Below, one piece after another: positions 1-12,439 of a DNA stretch of 64,000 nucleotides. Under the pieces are notes generated by a model. The model did not search any database, was not told where the DNA came from, and was given only the letters and a program-made list of their open reading frames with translations. This stretch comes from Batkoa obscura (taxonomy: Eukaryota): contig JASVEC010000023.1 of assembly GCA_030770535.1 (NCBI GenBank), positions 744,001-808,000 on the forward strand. Direction: 5' to 3'. The position numbers and the translations under genes were made by a program. Positions within the stretch are counted from its first letter, which is position 1. Every line of letters starts with the position of its first letter.

Positions 1-715
1 TAAAATATAATAAGAACAACGAAAAGTAATTAAAGTAATAATTAATGACAAGCTATATTTCACTTTTATATTTAAGTCCAAATACTTAAGATCCTAATTT
101 AAAATATCATTTATGAGCATTTGTAATTCAAAAATGAATTAATATTAAGACTGATCCTTTTCATTGTATAATCATATATTTAATTAAAATCTATATTAGT
201 TCTATTTTCCCAAAGTAAATTAAATTTTACTCTTCAAAATTAAACTGAAGTTAAATTAAGATTTATATTGAAAAGTACATTTTACAAAAATAAGGCATTA
301 AACATTTTCGCACTAAAATAGTAGCTTAAGATTAAAATAGAAGCCAAAAATTAACTACTTCAAAGGCAAATAGATTTTTAGTAAGTTTAATCCCTATAAT
401 TGGAATAATGCAAATTCACCAAGTGACTAATAACCAGATGATTTTGCACCATAAAATTCTCATCCTTTCGAAAAAAATCCAAATTAAATTTATAATCTCG
501 CTACAATCTAAGTACTTTGAGTCCTTTATTCCATTAAACTTTCTAAAATAGTTAATAGATGGCAAAACATTAAACTAATCTTAAAATAACAATAACAATT
601 AATAAATGATAAATATTACTTCATAAAAGCACTATTTTATAATCTGAATGACCATCCTAAAACATATAAATATGTGTAAAATTCATTTCTGACTATTATT
701 TTATTTCCAATCCAA

Positions 716-1270
716 ATGTCAAATTCAAATAATAGCTCTTTACCTAACGAATACATAAGTTCCCCAAATGATTTGAATTATTTAGCAAAGAATACAAAAT
801 CATATGTAAATGAGTTTTATCCCGTCGAGCCAAAAAGAACATCAAGTTATGAAAGATTACCACCTATCTCACAATTGATTACAAATCCAGTTCCTGTCCT
901 TCCACCTTCTTCTGAGCTAATATCCGAAGTAGAAAAGCGTGAGCGTAGCCAAGTTCCAAACTTTAATGGCTACAATCATTATTATGATCCATTTAATATG
1001 CAGCCTATGATGTATAGTCACCCATACTTTAGAAATTCTATGCCAAAGCCAAAACAAACAACTAAACGTTTAAGAAGAAAGTATGATGAGATAGTTAGAT
1101 TATACAAATGTAATTATGGTACTTGTTCAAAATCTTATGGCACCCTAAATCACTTAAACTGTCATATCCAGTTACAAAACCATGGTAAAAAAAGATCCCC
1201 AAATGAATTTAGGTTTTTAATAAGGGAAGACAGCAAAGAAGATGAAAAAATTGAACCAAGCTTCAATTAA
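716..1270 (+). CDS. Con7/Mot3-like single C2H2 zinc-finger transcription factor
   Basis: Intronless 184-aa ORF with RRKYDEIVRLYKCNYGTCSKSYGTLNHLNCHIQLQNHGKKRSPNEF, matching the fungal Con7-type finger (RRRYEEIERxYxC..C.K.YGTLNHLN.H...HG.KR.P.EF). TATAAA at about 665. Confidence 0.85.
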   Translation: MSNSNNSSLPNEYISSPNDLNYLAKNTKSYVNEFYPVEPKRTSSYERLPPISQLITNPVPVLPPSSELISEVEKRERSQVPNFNGYNHYYDPFNMQPMMYSHPYFRNSMPKPKQTTKRLRRKYDEIVRLYKCNYGTCSKSYGTLNHLNCHIQLQNHGKKRSPNEFRFLIREDSKEDEKIEPSFN

Positions 1271-3161
1271 CACTCACATTTTAAATTTTAACTACTCAGC
1301 TCTTTTATAAATATCTTCTCCAATTTTATTGCATTTGCATTTTAAAATTATTATACTAATAAAAGTTTTTCTCTTTTTACTGAAGCTGTAACTTTGCTAA
1401 ACAATATATTAGACAAATTCTTTATTTGCATATTTCCCTTTGTAGAATTTCTAATTATACTGTATAGTGAATATAGTATTACAGATATTTGTGATAGAAT
1501 GATACATTTACATTTTTATTCTATAATACATTATTGGCCTGATTACAGCTTTAATTAATTATAAACGATCTTTAATTTCCAATTTAAAACCAATATAATT
1601 AATCATTCAAAAAATATTAAATGCAATATCCTAATAAATAAAGAAACGATTCCACATTTAAAGGGCGGGAGCAAAAGTACTATTTTAAAAAACATAATTT
1701 TTGTATAATATAAATATTTAAATAATATTATAAATCTTATCTCCATTTTTTAAAGAGGTTTAGGGGTTAATAAAAAGATAATCATCAGTCGGTAACTGTT
1801 AATAATAATGCATGCACCTTTGTATACTGTTCCGTGAATTATACAAGAATAACTAGATAATTAAACAAGTAAATATTTTAAACAGTTGCTTCATTGAAGA
1901 TTATATTATGAGCAGCAATAATTAGTCTATTGAATATGAAGTCTATAATACTATTCCTACTAATTAAAAATAATGTTAATTATAAAGCCTGTATTGAATT
2001 AGAATATAAATATATATAAAAATGGTTTATAATATATATTATTTGATGCGTTTAAACGAGTATTATTCATAACCATCTCTATTTAATTCCTATAGCTAAT
2101 TAACTTATTTTTATACCTTACCAAACATAAGCTAAATTAAGCAAGTTTAAAAATTAAAACTAAATTAGTCTATTTACTTTTTTAAGGTTAATTTTACACC
2201 ATGTTTTTTGACTTAGTGAACTATTCCTTTTGGAATATTCTCCATTCTTATTAAAAATGGTGTTTTTACCAAATAGTACTACCACATATTTAATATTAAG
2301 TGGAATTGTACTCAAAAGGCTTCGGTGAGGTAGTTGAGTACTTTTTTACCTATAAGTAATAAGCTACAACCACGAAATATAATCAATTAATAGATGTTTA
2401 GTTTTTCTAATAATTATTTAGCACTCTAATTGTCTCTCGAATTTGCATTTATTGCTTAGTATAATTTCGGCTATTCTCTTTATCCCGAAATTTCAAATAT
2501 TGTTTTATAATAATATTAGGTGGAATAATTGAACAAAAGGAATATATCACAAGTTGTAATAGATATTTTGTATCACAAATTATAGATTTATTTAAAGCTT
2601 CGTTTTTAAAATATATACCAAAAGGAATTAGCTATGAAGAACTTGAGTATATTAATACTTCTTGTACTTTTCTAAACATTTGTACTTTATATGAACGAGT
2701 TTAAAAACCACTTTAAAACTAGAATTATTTTTTTCCAGTTTTTGATTTAGGTTCAAAGCTTGTAAATATATTACTAAGTGAGAAAATAATAAGGGGATAT
2801 GTTTTTCTTATTCTTTCCATTTCTCAAGTAGTTTAAAATCTAAAAAGTGGGGATGTTTTTTTACTAACTGTCCTTTTTCATTATTTTTTAAATTTAGAAT
2901 TAACTAGTATGCTGTTCAAGTTTAGATGTGTACTAGCTAACTGCTCATTTTAAAGTAAAAGCTAAATTAACAAACCCAAACTACGATTATTGAACAAATA
3001 TTGGCTATAAATTTTGTTTTCCATCACTATGTGAGCTTAAACACTTGCATTAATTTACTAACTTTTAGATTTTGAAAAATAACAAGAGTAATAGTAAGAA
3101 ATACTCTAATATTAATTTCTTTAACGGAAAACATGCTTTTATTTTCTTAGTACAACTACTA

Positions 3162-3300
3162 CAGCTCTTTTGTGACTTGTTTAGCATCTTATTCAAGGAA
3201 AAAAATATTAAAAATTTGCTTAAAATAATGATCTGAGGTTAAAAACAGTTATAAATAATCTAATTATAAATACTACCGCTAAAAAGTCATAAAAGAGCTG
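3162..3300. mobile_element. Short TIR element with CAG...CTG ends (possible Tc1/mariner-type MITE)
   Basis: cagctcttttgtgacttgtttagc ... gctaaaaagtcataaaagagctg is an imperfect ~23-bp inverted repeat. TA on the left flank, CA on the right. Confidence 0.5.
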
Positions 3301-3722
3301 CAACATCTTTATTTATACTCAATCTATATTCTTACAATATGAAGTCGGAAAATAGTTGAACCTGGGTTTAGATCAACCCAACATACACCCAATTTATATA
3401 ATATACAAGGATGGATCGAAAAATCTGTATAATAAAAGGGCTATAGATGTTTTTTTAAATCTTGTAAAGCGAAATTAAAGATGTCATGCGTAAAATTTTC
3501 TGTATTAATATATAATATGTACTAGAAATTAAAACATATATTAAGTTTTATATTTACTAGATACTGATCTCATTAAGACATACCCAAACCTCAGGGGATA
3601 TGCTTTGATGCTCATCACTTTTCAAGAGCTGAAAAGCTGTGAATAAAATATTATTAAAAATGGTTGCTTCCTTTGACTACACCTTAGAAATGAGCAACCT
3701 AATTAATTTGAACTCTGACATA

Positions 3723-3919
3723 GGAGGATATGTTTTTTGTTTAAAAACCTTACTAACAATTATTTTATTTAAATAATACTTGAAAAACGGAAAGGGTGAT
3801 GGAATAAAAAAACATTTGCATATGGGGATGTTTTACGTTTAAGGATTTTACTAAGAATTTTTCCGCTCAAATAGTGTTTAAAAGATGGAGAAAGTAATGA
3901 AGCCAAAAAAAACACTCCC
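3723..3919. mobile_element. Two tandem family-A MITEs (3723-3819 degenerate; 3824-3919)
   Basis: GGGGATGT-type TIRs and the family core in both copies, separated by ATAT. Confidence 0.8.
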
Positions 3920-5698
3920 GTATGTTATATTTATGACACCTAGGATAAAATCGTGCAAAAAACTCTAGCCTAACATAACTTCAAATGTTTTGTTCACAAA
4001 CATTTTGACCTCTCTTTATATAATTACATATGTATTATACTAGTTGAATCCATGTAATTTGTCTTACAAAATTAGAGCATTTTTATAGTTGTAAAACTAA
4101 GGGTTTTTAGACTATAATTTCGTATGAGACTTCATCTAGTATACACTGCCTATATCTAAAAGGCTAGTCTTTTCTAAAATCTTGAAAGATAAATACCCGA
4201 AGTACCTTGATTCAATAAAAGGCTTCTATTTATAATTGAATTGGTAATATAAGGAAATTGCATAGTTTTATATTGTGTTAAAATAAATTGTCATGGTTTT
4301 TTTTAAATAGAACACTATATTTCATTTCAAAATCCTCAGTTTTTTAACCAATAACTTTTTTGCATTTTTTTAAATGTCTTAGGACGTAAGATTCTTATTA
4401 CAAGATAACAAATCCAAAGGATTTTAAGCCTATGGCTTTTATTTTATTGAAAATTCTTAAAATAAAATTTAATATAAACTGGCAAAACAGCTCTCTATAT
4501 ATCTGTTTCCTAGATTATGTACTAGCTTTGATATGTAAAAAAGTAGACGCTATAAAAGAATAAAATTGTACTAAAATTGAATCTAAACATAAATTTAAAT
4601 AAATAAAATGTGTATTTATCTAACAGTTTAAATAGAAACGTAACAAAGGGAATTTGAAACAAAATCTAAGGCTTAATAGTACATAAAGGGTTAAGTTCAA
4701 CATCATTATATTTATTTTAACCACATCATTTACATTAAAACTTACTGTTCAAATCGGTTAGGTGTTATTTTGAAGAATACAAATTTCCTATTAAAAGTTG
4801 GCAGTATTTTTTGTGAATAAAACTATATTGATAATTTTGTTTTGATTAAGATCGATGGGTTGAGTTTAAAATAAAATTCAGACTTTGTACACTTTAAAGC
4901 AGAAAAACTCAGAGTATTATTTTAACTATAATTATAATAGAGTGATTTTATTTCTTTTACATTAAGAGCCATAAGTTTTATATAATCAAACTGTTTGGCA
5001 ATGATTAATATTAGTTCTGATATTCTATTTATTTATAAATGTTTTAAATCCTATAAAATAGTTGTAGGATTAATACATTAAAGTAAATTGCCAGCATGGT
5101 AATTAATAAAATTTACGCTATATATTTATTTATTTAGAAATTAAGTTTTAATAAAGTTAATAGAGATATAATAAATTAAAATCATTTGTTTATTTATTTA
5201 TTTATTCAAACTATAGTTAGTCTTGTAAAATTCACTATTTAACCTAGTTTGATTTCTCCATACTTCTCTTAGTTAAATAAGTATGGAATAAAATTCTCAT
5301 TAACTATTTTTGAACTCATTTGACTTTTTACTCGAATTAACGTACACAAGAACTAGTACACCTTCAATTAATGCAGGTCAAAATTTACTGTAAGCTGCTT
5401 TTTATATTTATAGTAACTGGTTTATCAACTTATGACATTTAATTTTAATCTAAAAAATACCTAATTTTTTCCTTATTTTATTTTTAAAATCAGGCCTTGA
5501 GTTACCCCTATTTAAAAAAATCACCAACCAAAATTTAAACTTTCTTTAAACGTTGCATTGTAGTGTGAATTTAGTAGATATGTATTTTCATTTTTTGAAA
5601 AAAAGTATAAATACAATCACAAAATAGTAAATGTATTTTACAAAACTTTATTGTAGCTTCAATTTTTATTCTTTTACATTTATTATTGATATCATAAT

Positions 5699-6340
5699 AT
5701 GTACTCTCATAAATTAAATAACAGTATTGATCATTCGTTTAATAAGCGTCATCAACCAGAAAATATAAATTGTACACTTAACAAAAACATTCCAAACATG
5801 ATATCTAATAACTCCCAATATGAAAAACCTAAGGTTAGCTTACCATCTCTTAGTGAAACGCTTCCTGAATATTTTGATAGATTCAATCATCAATCAAAAG
5901 GATATTCTGCATCATCCACTCCAAATTCCGAAACTTTACCTTCTTTAAACACTCTTCCAATATTCCATTCAAATTTGAGATGTAATCCTTATCATCATAC
6001 CAATCAAAGAGAAGTAGACTCATTTACAGCTTTGGATGAAAGAGATAAAAAACCAAGGATAAGAAGAAGATACGAAGAGGTCGAGCGTTTATATCATTGT
6101 GTTTATCCAGGATGTCATAAATCTTATGGCGCTCTTAATCATCTCAATTCGCATATCGTAACTAAAGGTCATGGGCCAAAAAGAACCCCACATGATTTTC
6201 AAGATTTACGTCGGATGTTAAAACTCAGAGAAGAAGGTCATTATTTTAACTTGACACAATTCCAAGAGCCTCCAAATAGAGTGTTTTTTAACAATAATCA
6301 AATCTACCAAAGGTTACAAAATCCATCACATTACTTTTAA
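5699..6340 (+). CDS. Con7/Mot3-like C2H2 transcription factor, paralog of 716-1270
   Basis: RRRYEEVERLYHCVYPGCHKSYGALNHLNSHIVTKGHGPKRTPHDF motif and LPSL motifs in the N-terminus. gtataaata at about 5605. Confidence 0.85.
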   Translation: MYSHKLNNSIDHSFNKRHQPENINCTLNKNIPNMISNNSQYEKPKVSLPSLSETLPEYFDRFNHQSKGYSASSTPNSETLPSLNTLPIFHSNLRCNPYHHTNQREVDSFTALDERDKKPRIRRRYEEVERLYHCVYPGCHKSYGALNHLNSHIVTKGHGPKRTPHDFQDLRRMLKLREEGHYFNLTQFQEPPNRVFFNNNQIYQRLQNPSHYF

Positions 6341-7892
6341 ATAGATCTTGCAATATATCAAATTAAAAACGCTATATGCTTATAAAATCTCCTTTGGTCC
6401 TTTCTGTTATGATTATAATTGTAATCACTATAATTCTATTAAAAACTAATTTTAAACTAATAATTTGTTAACTTTTTTAAATAAAATTTACAATTATGGC
6501 TTATATTTATTTCCTCTAACTTAAAGAATCTTTAATACAAAGTCTTTTGTGATTACCTTAAAGCTGCTTACATAGCTGAGTTATTTATGTATAAGTTATA
6601 AGAATATATTTCATATATTAATCATACCATTTTTATAAATAACTAGAATGGTTAGAGTGTTTAGTTTAAGGTCGTAACTTTTAATGTTATTATATCTCTT
6701 TAGTTTATGCATTCCCAATTCATTGAGTTTATAAGTTAAATAAATCATCAAGTTGTGATAACGTTAGTATCACATTACGATTCCAAGTTTGTGAAAAAAC
6801 AACCAATCATACAATTTTTTCTAATTATAGTTTTTTAGTGATGTAAATTTAAACTTATTAAAATTTTATACTTTACTTTAATAAAGATATTACTCCTTTT
6901 TTCTCCCTATTTTTTATTTATTAACTTAAACTAGCACACTAAGTTTAAATTAAAACTTTAGAAGGGGTACACCCATCATGATATCGATAGCAGCCTATAA
7001 CAAATATTGATATTAGTTGCTTTCACCCATATAATGCTAATATTCAATCTTTTTCCTGTTCATTCTGGATTTTAATATAAATAAAGAGATTTAAATCATT
7101 TTATTTCTGAAACTTTTATCCTAAAACCATTACTGATAAGAAAAATAGTTATAGATAAAACTACTATATTGAAATTAAACTCAGGTGTTACCACAAACTA
7201 AAAATATTTATCATAAACATCAATTTATAAAATCCACTCTCAGTACTAGTTCAAGTATTTATAGCACTTTTTATTTAAAAAATCGAAAAACGAAAAACTT
7301 AAGGCTCCATTAAGGCCAAGACAAAATAACAGCAAAGGGCAATAACCACTACTAGGAGTTAATATATTTGGTTTGATACAAATAAAAAGACACTATGGTA
7401 TTCAAGCTATTGCTACTACTTTAAAGTAGCTATTTGTGGTAATTTCTAAATTTAGAAGAAAGTTCCTACAAAAAAGGTTTTTTAAATTATTAAAGTTAAT
7501 TTTTTTTGGAAAGGTTGTATAATTTTCATAGAGTTTATTTCTATAAAGGAATAATTTTAATAGCAGTGTGGAAATTGTATAAAAATCTAATTGTTTTTTT
7601 AACGATTATTATCATTGAGTTGTGTGATTTTCACCTATTAAAAAAGGGGTGCTTTTTTGATTGATTGATTTTTTTTAAATCCATGAGTGTTTGCTTTTGT
7701 TTTGATTTTTATCTTTATAAGTTTGTATTTAGCTAAAGTAAACTAACAAAACACATGGCTGTTTTATGACACTATTTCTTTTTTTTTGCTTATCTAACAC
7801 TCAGTTTGATAGAGATTTTTTTATGAGTGAGTATGACTTATATAGATAGCCAGATATAAAACAGAAAATTCAGATCTTCAAGTCTATTATTT

Positions 7893-7988
7893 GGGGATGT
7901 AGTTCTGTATTTAAGAATTTTACTAACAATTTTTCCACTCGAATAATGCTTAAAAGATGGAAAAAGTAATGAAGCCAAAAACATCCCC
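7893..7988. mobile_element. Family-A MITE
   Basis: ggggatgt...acatcccc with an ATTT/ATTT target-site duplication. Confidence 0.9.
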
Positions 7989-8688
7989 ATTTGTAGATGT
8001 ATTAAAATGTTTGGAGAAAAACTCTTTTTTAGCATACTAATATAGCTTAATATAACGGATAACTAAAATGTATAAGACTCATACTGGGCTTATAGTATTT
8101 CTATAAATAAAAATAGATCAAAATAATGCTTAATAGGAATCACATGCTATTGCATAGGTACTAAACTATACAAAATAAACTACTCTTAAATTCATGTAAA
8201 TAGAATCCGAGTGTAAATACAAATACGTATTAAAATTTAAGTGAAGGCTTGGGATAAGAAACTCAAAGAAATCAGATTGATAGTTTAATAATTTAATTCA
8301 TAAAAGCTATCTAAACAATTCATTACATATATATTCAAAATGAGCACAATTTCTTGACGCCAATTTATATTACAATGCTTGTAAGTGTAATGTAAATTCA
8401 TTCTTTCTGTTAATTTTTATAACTAGTTATTTGAAATATAAATACTTAATCCTGCAACACTTTGAATCAAAATTTGTATTATCTTTAAGTTATTCAAGGG
8501 TATCTTTCTGTTTGTATAGCAAACTTTAGTAAGAATCACGGTATAAAGCAAGTATTAAATAAAGTTTATAAACTAAGACTTTGTTAAACTAAAAGCAGGA
8601 TTATTAGTATAGACAATAAAAAAACTAGCTTAATTTTTTACACTAAAATATATGCTCAAGCTTTACTCCAGACCTACAAACATCATAT

Positions 8689-8890
8689 GAGGATGTTTTT
8701 TTTGGCTTCACTACCTCTTCCATCCTTTAAGCACTATTTGAGCGTAAATTTTATTGGTAAAATTCTTAAGCAAAAGAATACATCCTCATATGGAGATGTA
8801 TTTTTTAATTTTATCACACTTTTTCCATCTTTTAAGCGTTGTTTGAGTGGAAAATTGTTAGTAAATTCTTAAACAAAAAGATACATTTCC
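8689..8890. mobile_element. Tandem pair of family-A MITEs (8689-8787, 8792-8890)
   Basis: Arrangement ATAT-[copy]-ATAT-[copy]-ATAT. Confidence 0.9.
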
Positions 8891-8929
8891 ATATATACCT
8901 TTTTCCGAAGTGCACAAGTCATGAAACAT

Positions 8930-9094
8930 ATTTCATTTAGATGTGAATTCTATCAATTTAAATCTTGAGCTTTTCATTTAGGCTATGCTCAAAATTGAAT
9001 ATTCCATTAGAATAGCTTCAATCTCAATTTTTAATCTTGGCATAAATGAAAAAACTCAAAATTTAAATTGATCCAATTCACATCTAAATGAAAT
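8930..9094. mobile_element. Hairpin/TIR element (family B)
   Basis: atttcatttagatgtgaatt...aattcacatctaaatgaaat; arms of about 55 bp with few mismatches. Confidence 0.65.
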
Positions 9095-9104
9095 CTTTTC
9101 TTAT

Positions 9105-9385
9105 TTTTTAAACTACCTACGTATAACTGAAAAAGGATGGATCGAATTAAAAAATGGATCAAAATTTTGATAAAGATACAGTTTAACGACTCTTTATAAA
9201 GATGTCAGGAGTTTATGAATGTTTCTACGTTACAGTTTAATACCAAAGCTATCACACATATATAGTTATCCCAAAGTTCCAATGCATATATAAAGGGTGA
9301 TTAAATACAATTTTGAAATTTTGATCCATCTTCCTTTAATTCGAATTCATCCTTTTCGGATTATCTCCAGACGGTTGTAAAAATT
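9105..9385. mobile_element. Degenerate long-TIR element (family C)
   Basis: aaaaggatggatcgaattaaaaaatggatcaaaattt pairs imperfectly with aaattttgatccatcttcctttaattcgaattcatcctttt. Confidence 0.55.
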
Positions 9386-9690
9386 ATGACTCAAACATTC
9401 CAGAAAAAGGTCCAATGTATTTTTCAAAATTTGCTTGTATGTGATAGAGCATTCTCGTATAGCTAGTATCCTTAAAAATGATAGTATAGCTGAGCAACTT
9501 GAGAAAAGTTTAAACAGCAATATACCAGCATTTCTAACAAAATCTTATAAAAACTAATATTAAATAATATATATAAGGATATCTAACCAAAATTTGAACA
9601 ATTGATCAAAATCCAATAAAAGTACAGAGTACTTTTGTTTTTTTTGTTTTTGTTTTTACTTTTATTTTTCACTTTTATTTTTTATTAAAT

Positions 9691-9887
9691 GGGGATTATA
9701 TTTTTTTGATCAAGAATTTTACTAACGGTTTTTCTACTCAAATAATGGGGTGTTTTTTTGACTTCGTTGTTTTTTACATTTTTTAAGCGCTATTTGAGCA
9801 GAAAAATTGTAAAATTCTTGAACACAAAAATACATCCCTTAATGCTTAAAAGAGCAAAAAAGTGATGAAGTCAAAAAAAACAGTCTC
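9691..9887. mobile_element. Nested family-A MITEs (inner copy 9747-9839, opposite orientation)
   Basis: Inner copy is flanked by TAAT/TAAT. Removing it restores ctcaaataatgcttaaaaga of the outer copy. Confidence 0.9.
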
Positions 9888-10717
9888 AAACACTTCTATA
9901 CGAACTTGTTTATATATTTTAACTTCAATAATAATTTTGGAATTTTGTTGAGAATAGTTAAAAAATATGAAAAGATTTAGATGGTAATCTATTATATCAT
10001 TGTCTTTAGGGATAACTATACTAAGATGTGATAATTACACATTTTTAAAGATTAATCTTTATCCTTAAAATATGTGTAGAAAATTGATATATTTTAGTGG
10101 GAAAAAGTAAAATCAAAATAATAATTTTAAGCTAATATCTTTAAATGTGGGGGGGGGGTATTGGGTCGAAACAAGGTAAGAATTTAAAATATCAAAATCT
10201 AACTATGTAAATATTTAAAAGTATGTTTTTTAAAATGCGCTTGAATAGGGTTTAGACTTTTATATTAAGACAACAAAAGTTGAGTTAAAAATAATACCCC
10301 GATTTAGCGGGTTGCTTTTCTGTTTTTAGTTGGAGTACGGGATTTCAGCTCTCTAGTCTAGGATCAAAATACAACGATAAGGTGTAGATACCACAAAAAA
10401 TACTTATATAGCATCTACAAAGATAAGTTTTTATACTTGATTAATCCGTTTTATCCTATAGCTTTGTATTATAACTATTAACCTGGATTAATTACTACCT
10501 TATATATTAAAGCTATCTCAATATATTTATAGAACTGATCTATATTGTTTTTTTTAACTGTGAAATACAAATATCTATTGGCGTGTTTTTAACGAAGTTG
10601 AATTAAATATATCAACACGTTATATTACTGAGGATGTTTTTTAGGAAAATTTAAGGTCAGTCTATTGTTATATTTTAACACTATCAAATGTTCAGAGACC
10701 ATATTTATTTTAACATT

Positions 10718-10812
10718 GGGGACGTATTTTTTGTAAGAATTTTACTAACAATCTTTCCACTCAAATAGCATTTAAAAAACGGAGAAAGTAATGAAATCAA
10801 AAAAACATTCCC
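10718..10812. mobile_element. Family-A MITE
   Basis: TIRs and the family core aagaattttactaacaatctttccactcaaatag. Confidence 0.85.
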
Positions 10813-11076
10813 ATTTTTACTATTTTTTGACTGTTTTATCTAGGTTTAAGTTTATTTTATATAGTTGTCTAAAATTTTTATTTAAATTTTCAAACTATTA
10901 TACTAATATGTATAATATCATCATTTGTATAAACTAGTTATAAATTATTATTTGCATTCTAAAAAAATATTGTTATATACTGAAATTCAGTATAAATGAT
11001 ATATATACTAAAATGTATTAATCATTGATATTTATATATGTTTCCTAAATTAAATAAATACTAATCATTATTTAAT

Positions 11077-11174
11077 GGGGATGTATTTATGTGTTTAAGA
11101 ATTTTACTAATAATTTTTCCACTCAAATGCGCTTAAAAGATAGAAAAAATAATGAAGCCAAAAAAAACATCCCC
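11077..11174. mobile_element. Family-A MITE
   Basis: TIRs with a TAAT/TAAT TSD. Confidence 0.9.
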
Positions 11175-11380
11175 TAATTATAGTTAGTTTTTTATAAATA
11201 TATGATAAATACATCAAAAGCTCAAACATTTATGATAGGCCTCTATTAATATGAGATATTCAAATTTCAACGATTTTTATCATCTGATTTATGTGAATAT
11301 AAAACAAACGCTACAATACAACATTTTAGTTTATAAAATTATAACAAACTGTTGAATCCAAAAAACTATAAAGGCTATAC

Positions 11381-11473
11381 AGGGATGTTTTTTTGTTTAA
11401 GAATTTTAATAACCTTCCTGCTCAAATAGCACTTGAAAAATGAAAAAAGTGATGAAATCAAAAAAACATCCCC
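11381..11473. mobile_element. Family-A MITE
   Basis: TIRs with ATAC/ATAT flanks. Confidence 0.85.
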
Positions 11474-11574
11474 ATATAATATTCATGTATTTTAAGTACT
11501 TACCAGTGATACAATTCAATTTTATTGAAATAAAATAATCAATTAAATAATATTTATAATAATATTTTAATGTT

Positions 11575-12230
11575 GATCTATTCCTTACAGTTACTCTTCT
11601 CTCCTTTAATGAGTTCTTTTATTGCTTTCTTATCCCTACTAAACCTGAGCTGATCCTTCCCAAGCTCCCTGAAAGTTGAATCAACCATCTGGTCGGTTTG
11701 CTGGAAAGGCATAAATGTTCTTTTTTCCTTTAGCACAGTGCTTCTTTTTTTTCTCTACCCAAAATAAATCCCTTCGCCGCCACTTCTTTTAGTATTCCAC
11801 CTTCACCAGCTTCTAATCTTTTTCCTGGAAGACTTTTCTTTTAAACCACACAGTTTTGGTTATCCATGGCATTCGCACTTTATCCTTCATATTTAGATCG
11901 TAATCTATTGCCCCGCTTCTTGTAGTTCAATTATTATTGGGTCAATTTTCTGATCTCCTCAATCATCCCACACTATAATCCCTTTTGGCCCATTGTCTTT
12001 ATGTTCCATCCCACTTTACCATGGATGCAAATAACTGGTAGTCGAAGACTTGTAGTTTTTTTTCATCATTCGAAAGCCAGGTCTAACGACTCAAATTTTG
12101 AGCCCTCTATTCTTCTTATCAAATATCTACCTAACTCTATAGTCGTTGAAATCTTATTTTTGTTTAAAAATAGTTCTGATTTTGTCTTCATCCCTTTTAA
12201 GTTATACACTTCCTTTTTTATTTTTATTTA
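11575..12230 (-). pseudogene. Decayed coding-like relic, possibly a retroelement fragment
   Basis: Locally higher GC and a purine-rich minus strand with broken Trp/Lys/Arg-rich frames. No motif recognised. Confidence 0.3.
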
Positions 12231-12439
12231 AATAAACTCCTAAAGTTTAAACTTGGATTTTTAATATAAAAAAACTAGCTATACGCCAAACTTTAAAAAT
12301 TTAAATGCTATTAAAATCAATTATTAAATATACCAAACCTTTAATCAAATGAATCCTTTTAATATATAATTAAAACTTTAAAAATAGTTATATGGATTGA
12401 TAAATCCGGTTAATTTTGTTTATAAAAGCTTTTTGACTT

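Noticed and set aside
2327..2337. let-7-like TGAGGTAGT
   Set aside because: A 9-nt chance match with no precursor hairpin.
7838..8872. Short ORFs sharing FPSFKHYLSGKI-like peptides (also 19515, 34732, 51625)
   Set aside because: They are translations of family-A MITE sequence, not a protein family.
10149..10167. G10 run as a G-quadruplex or telomere signal
   Set aside because: An isolated homopolymer with no repeat array or supporting context.
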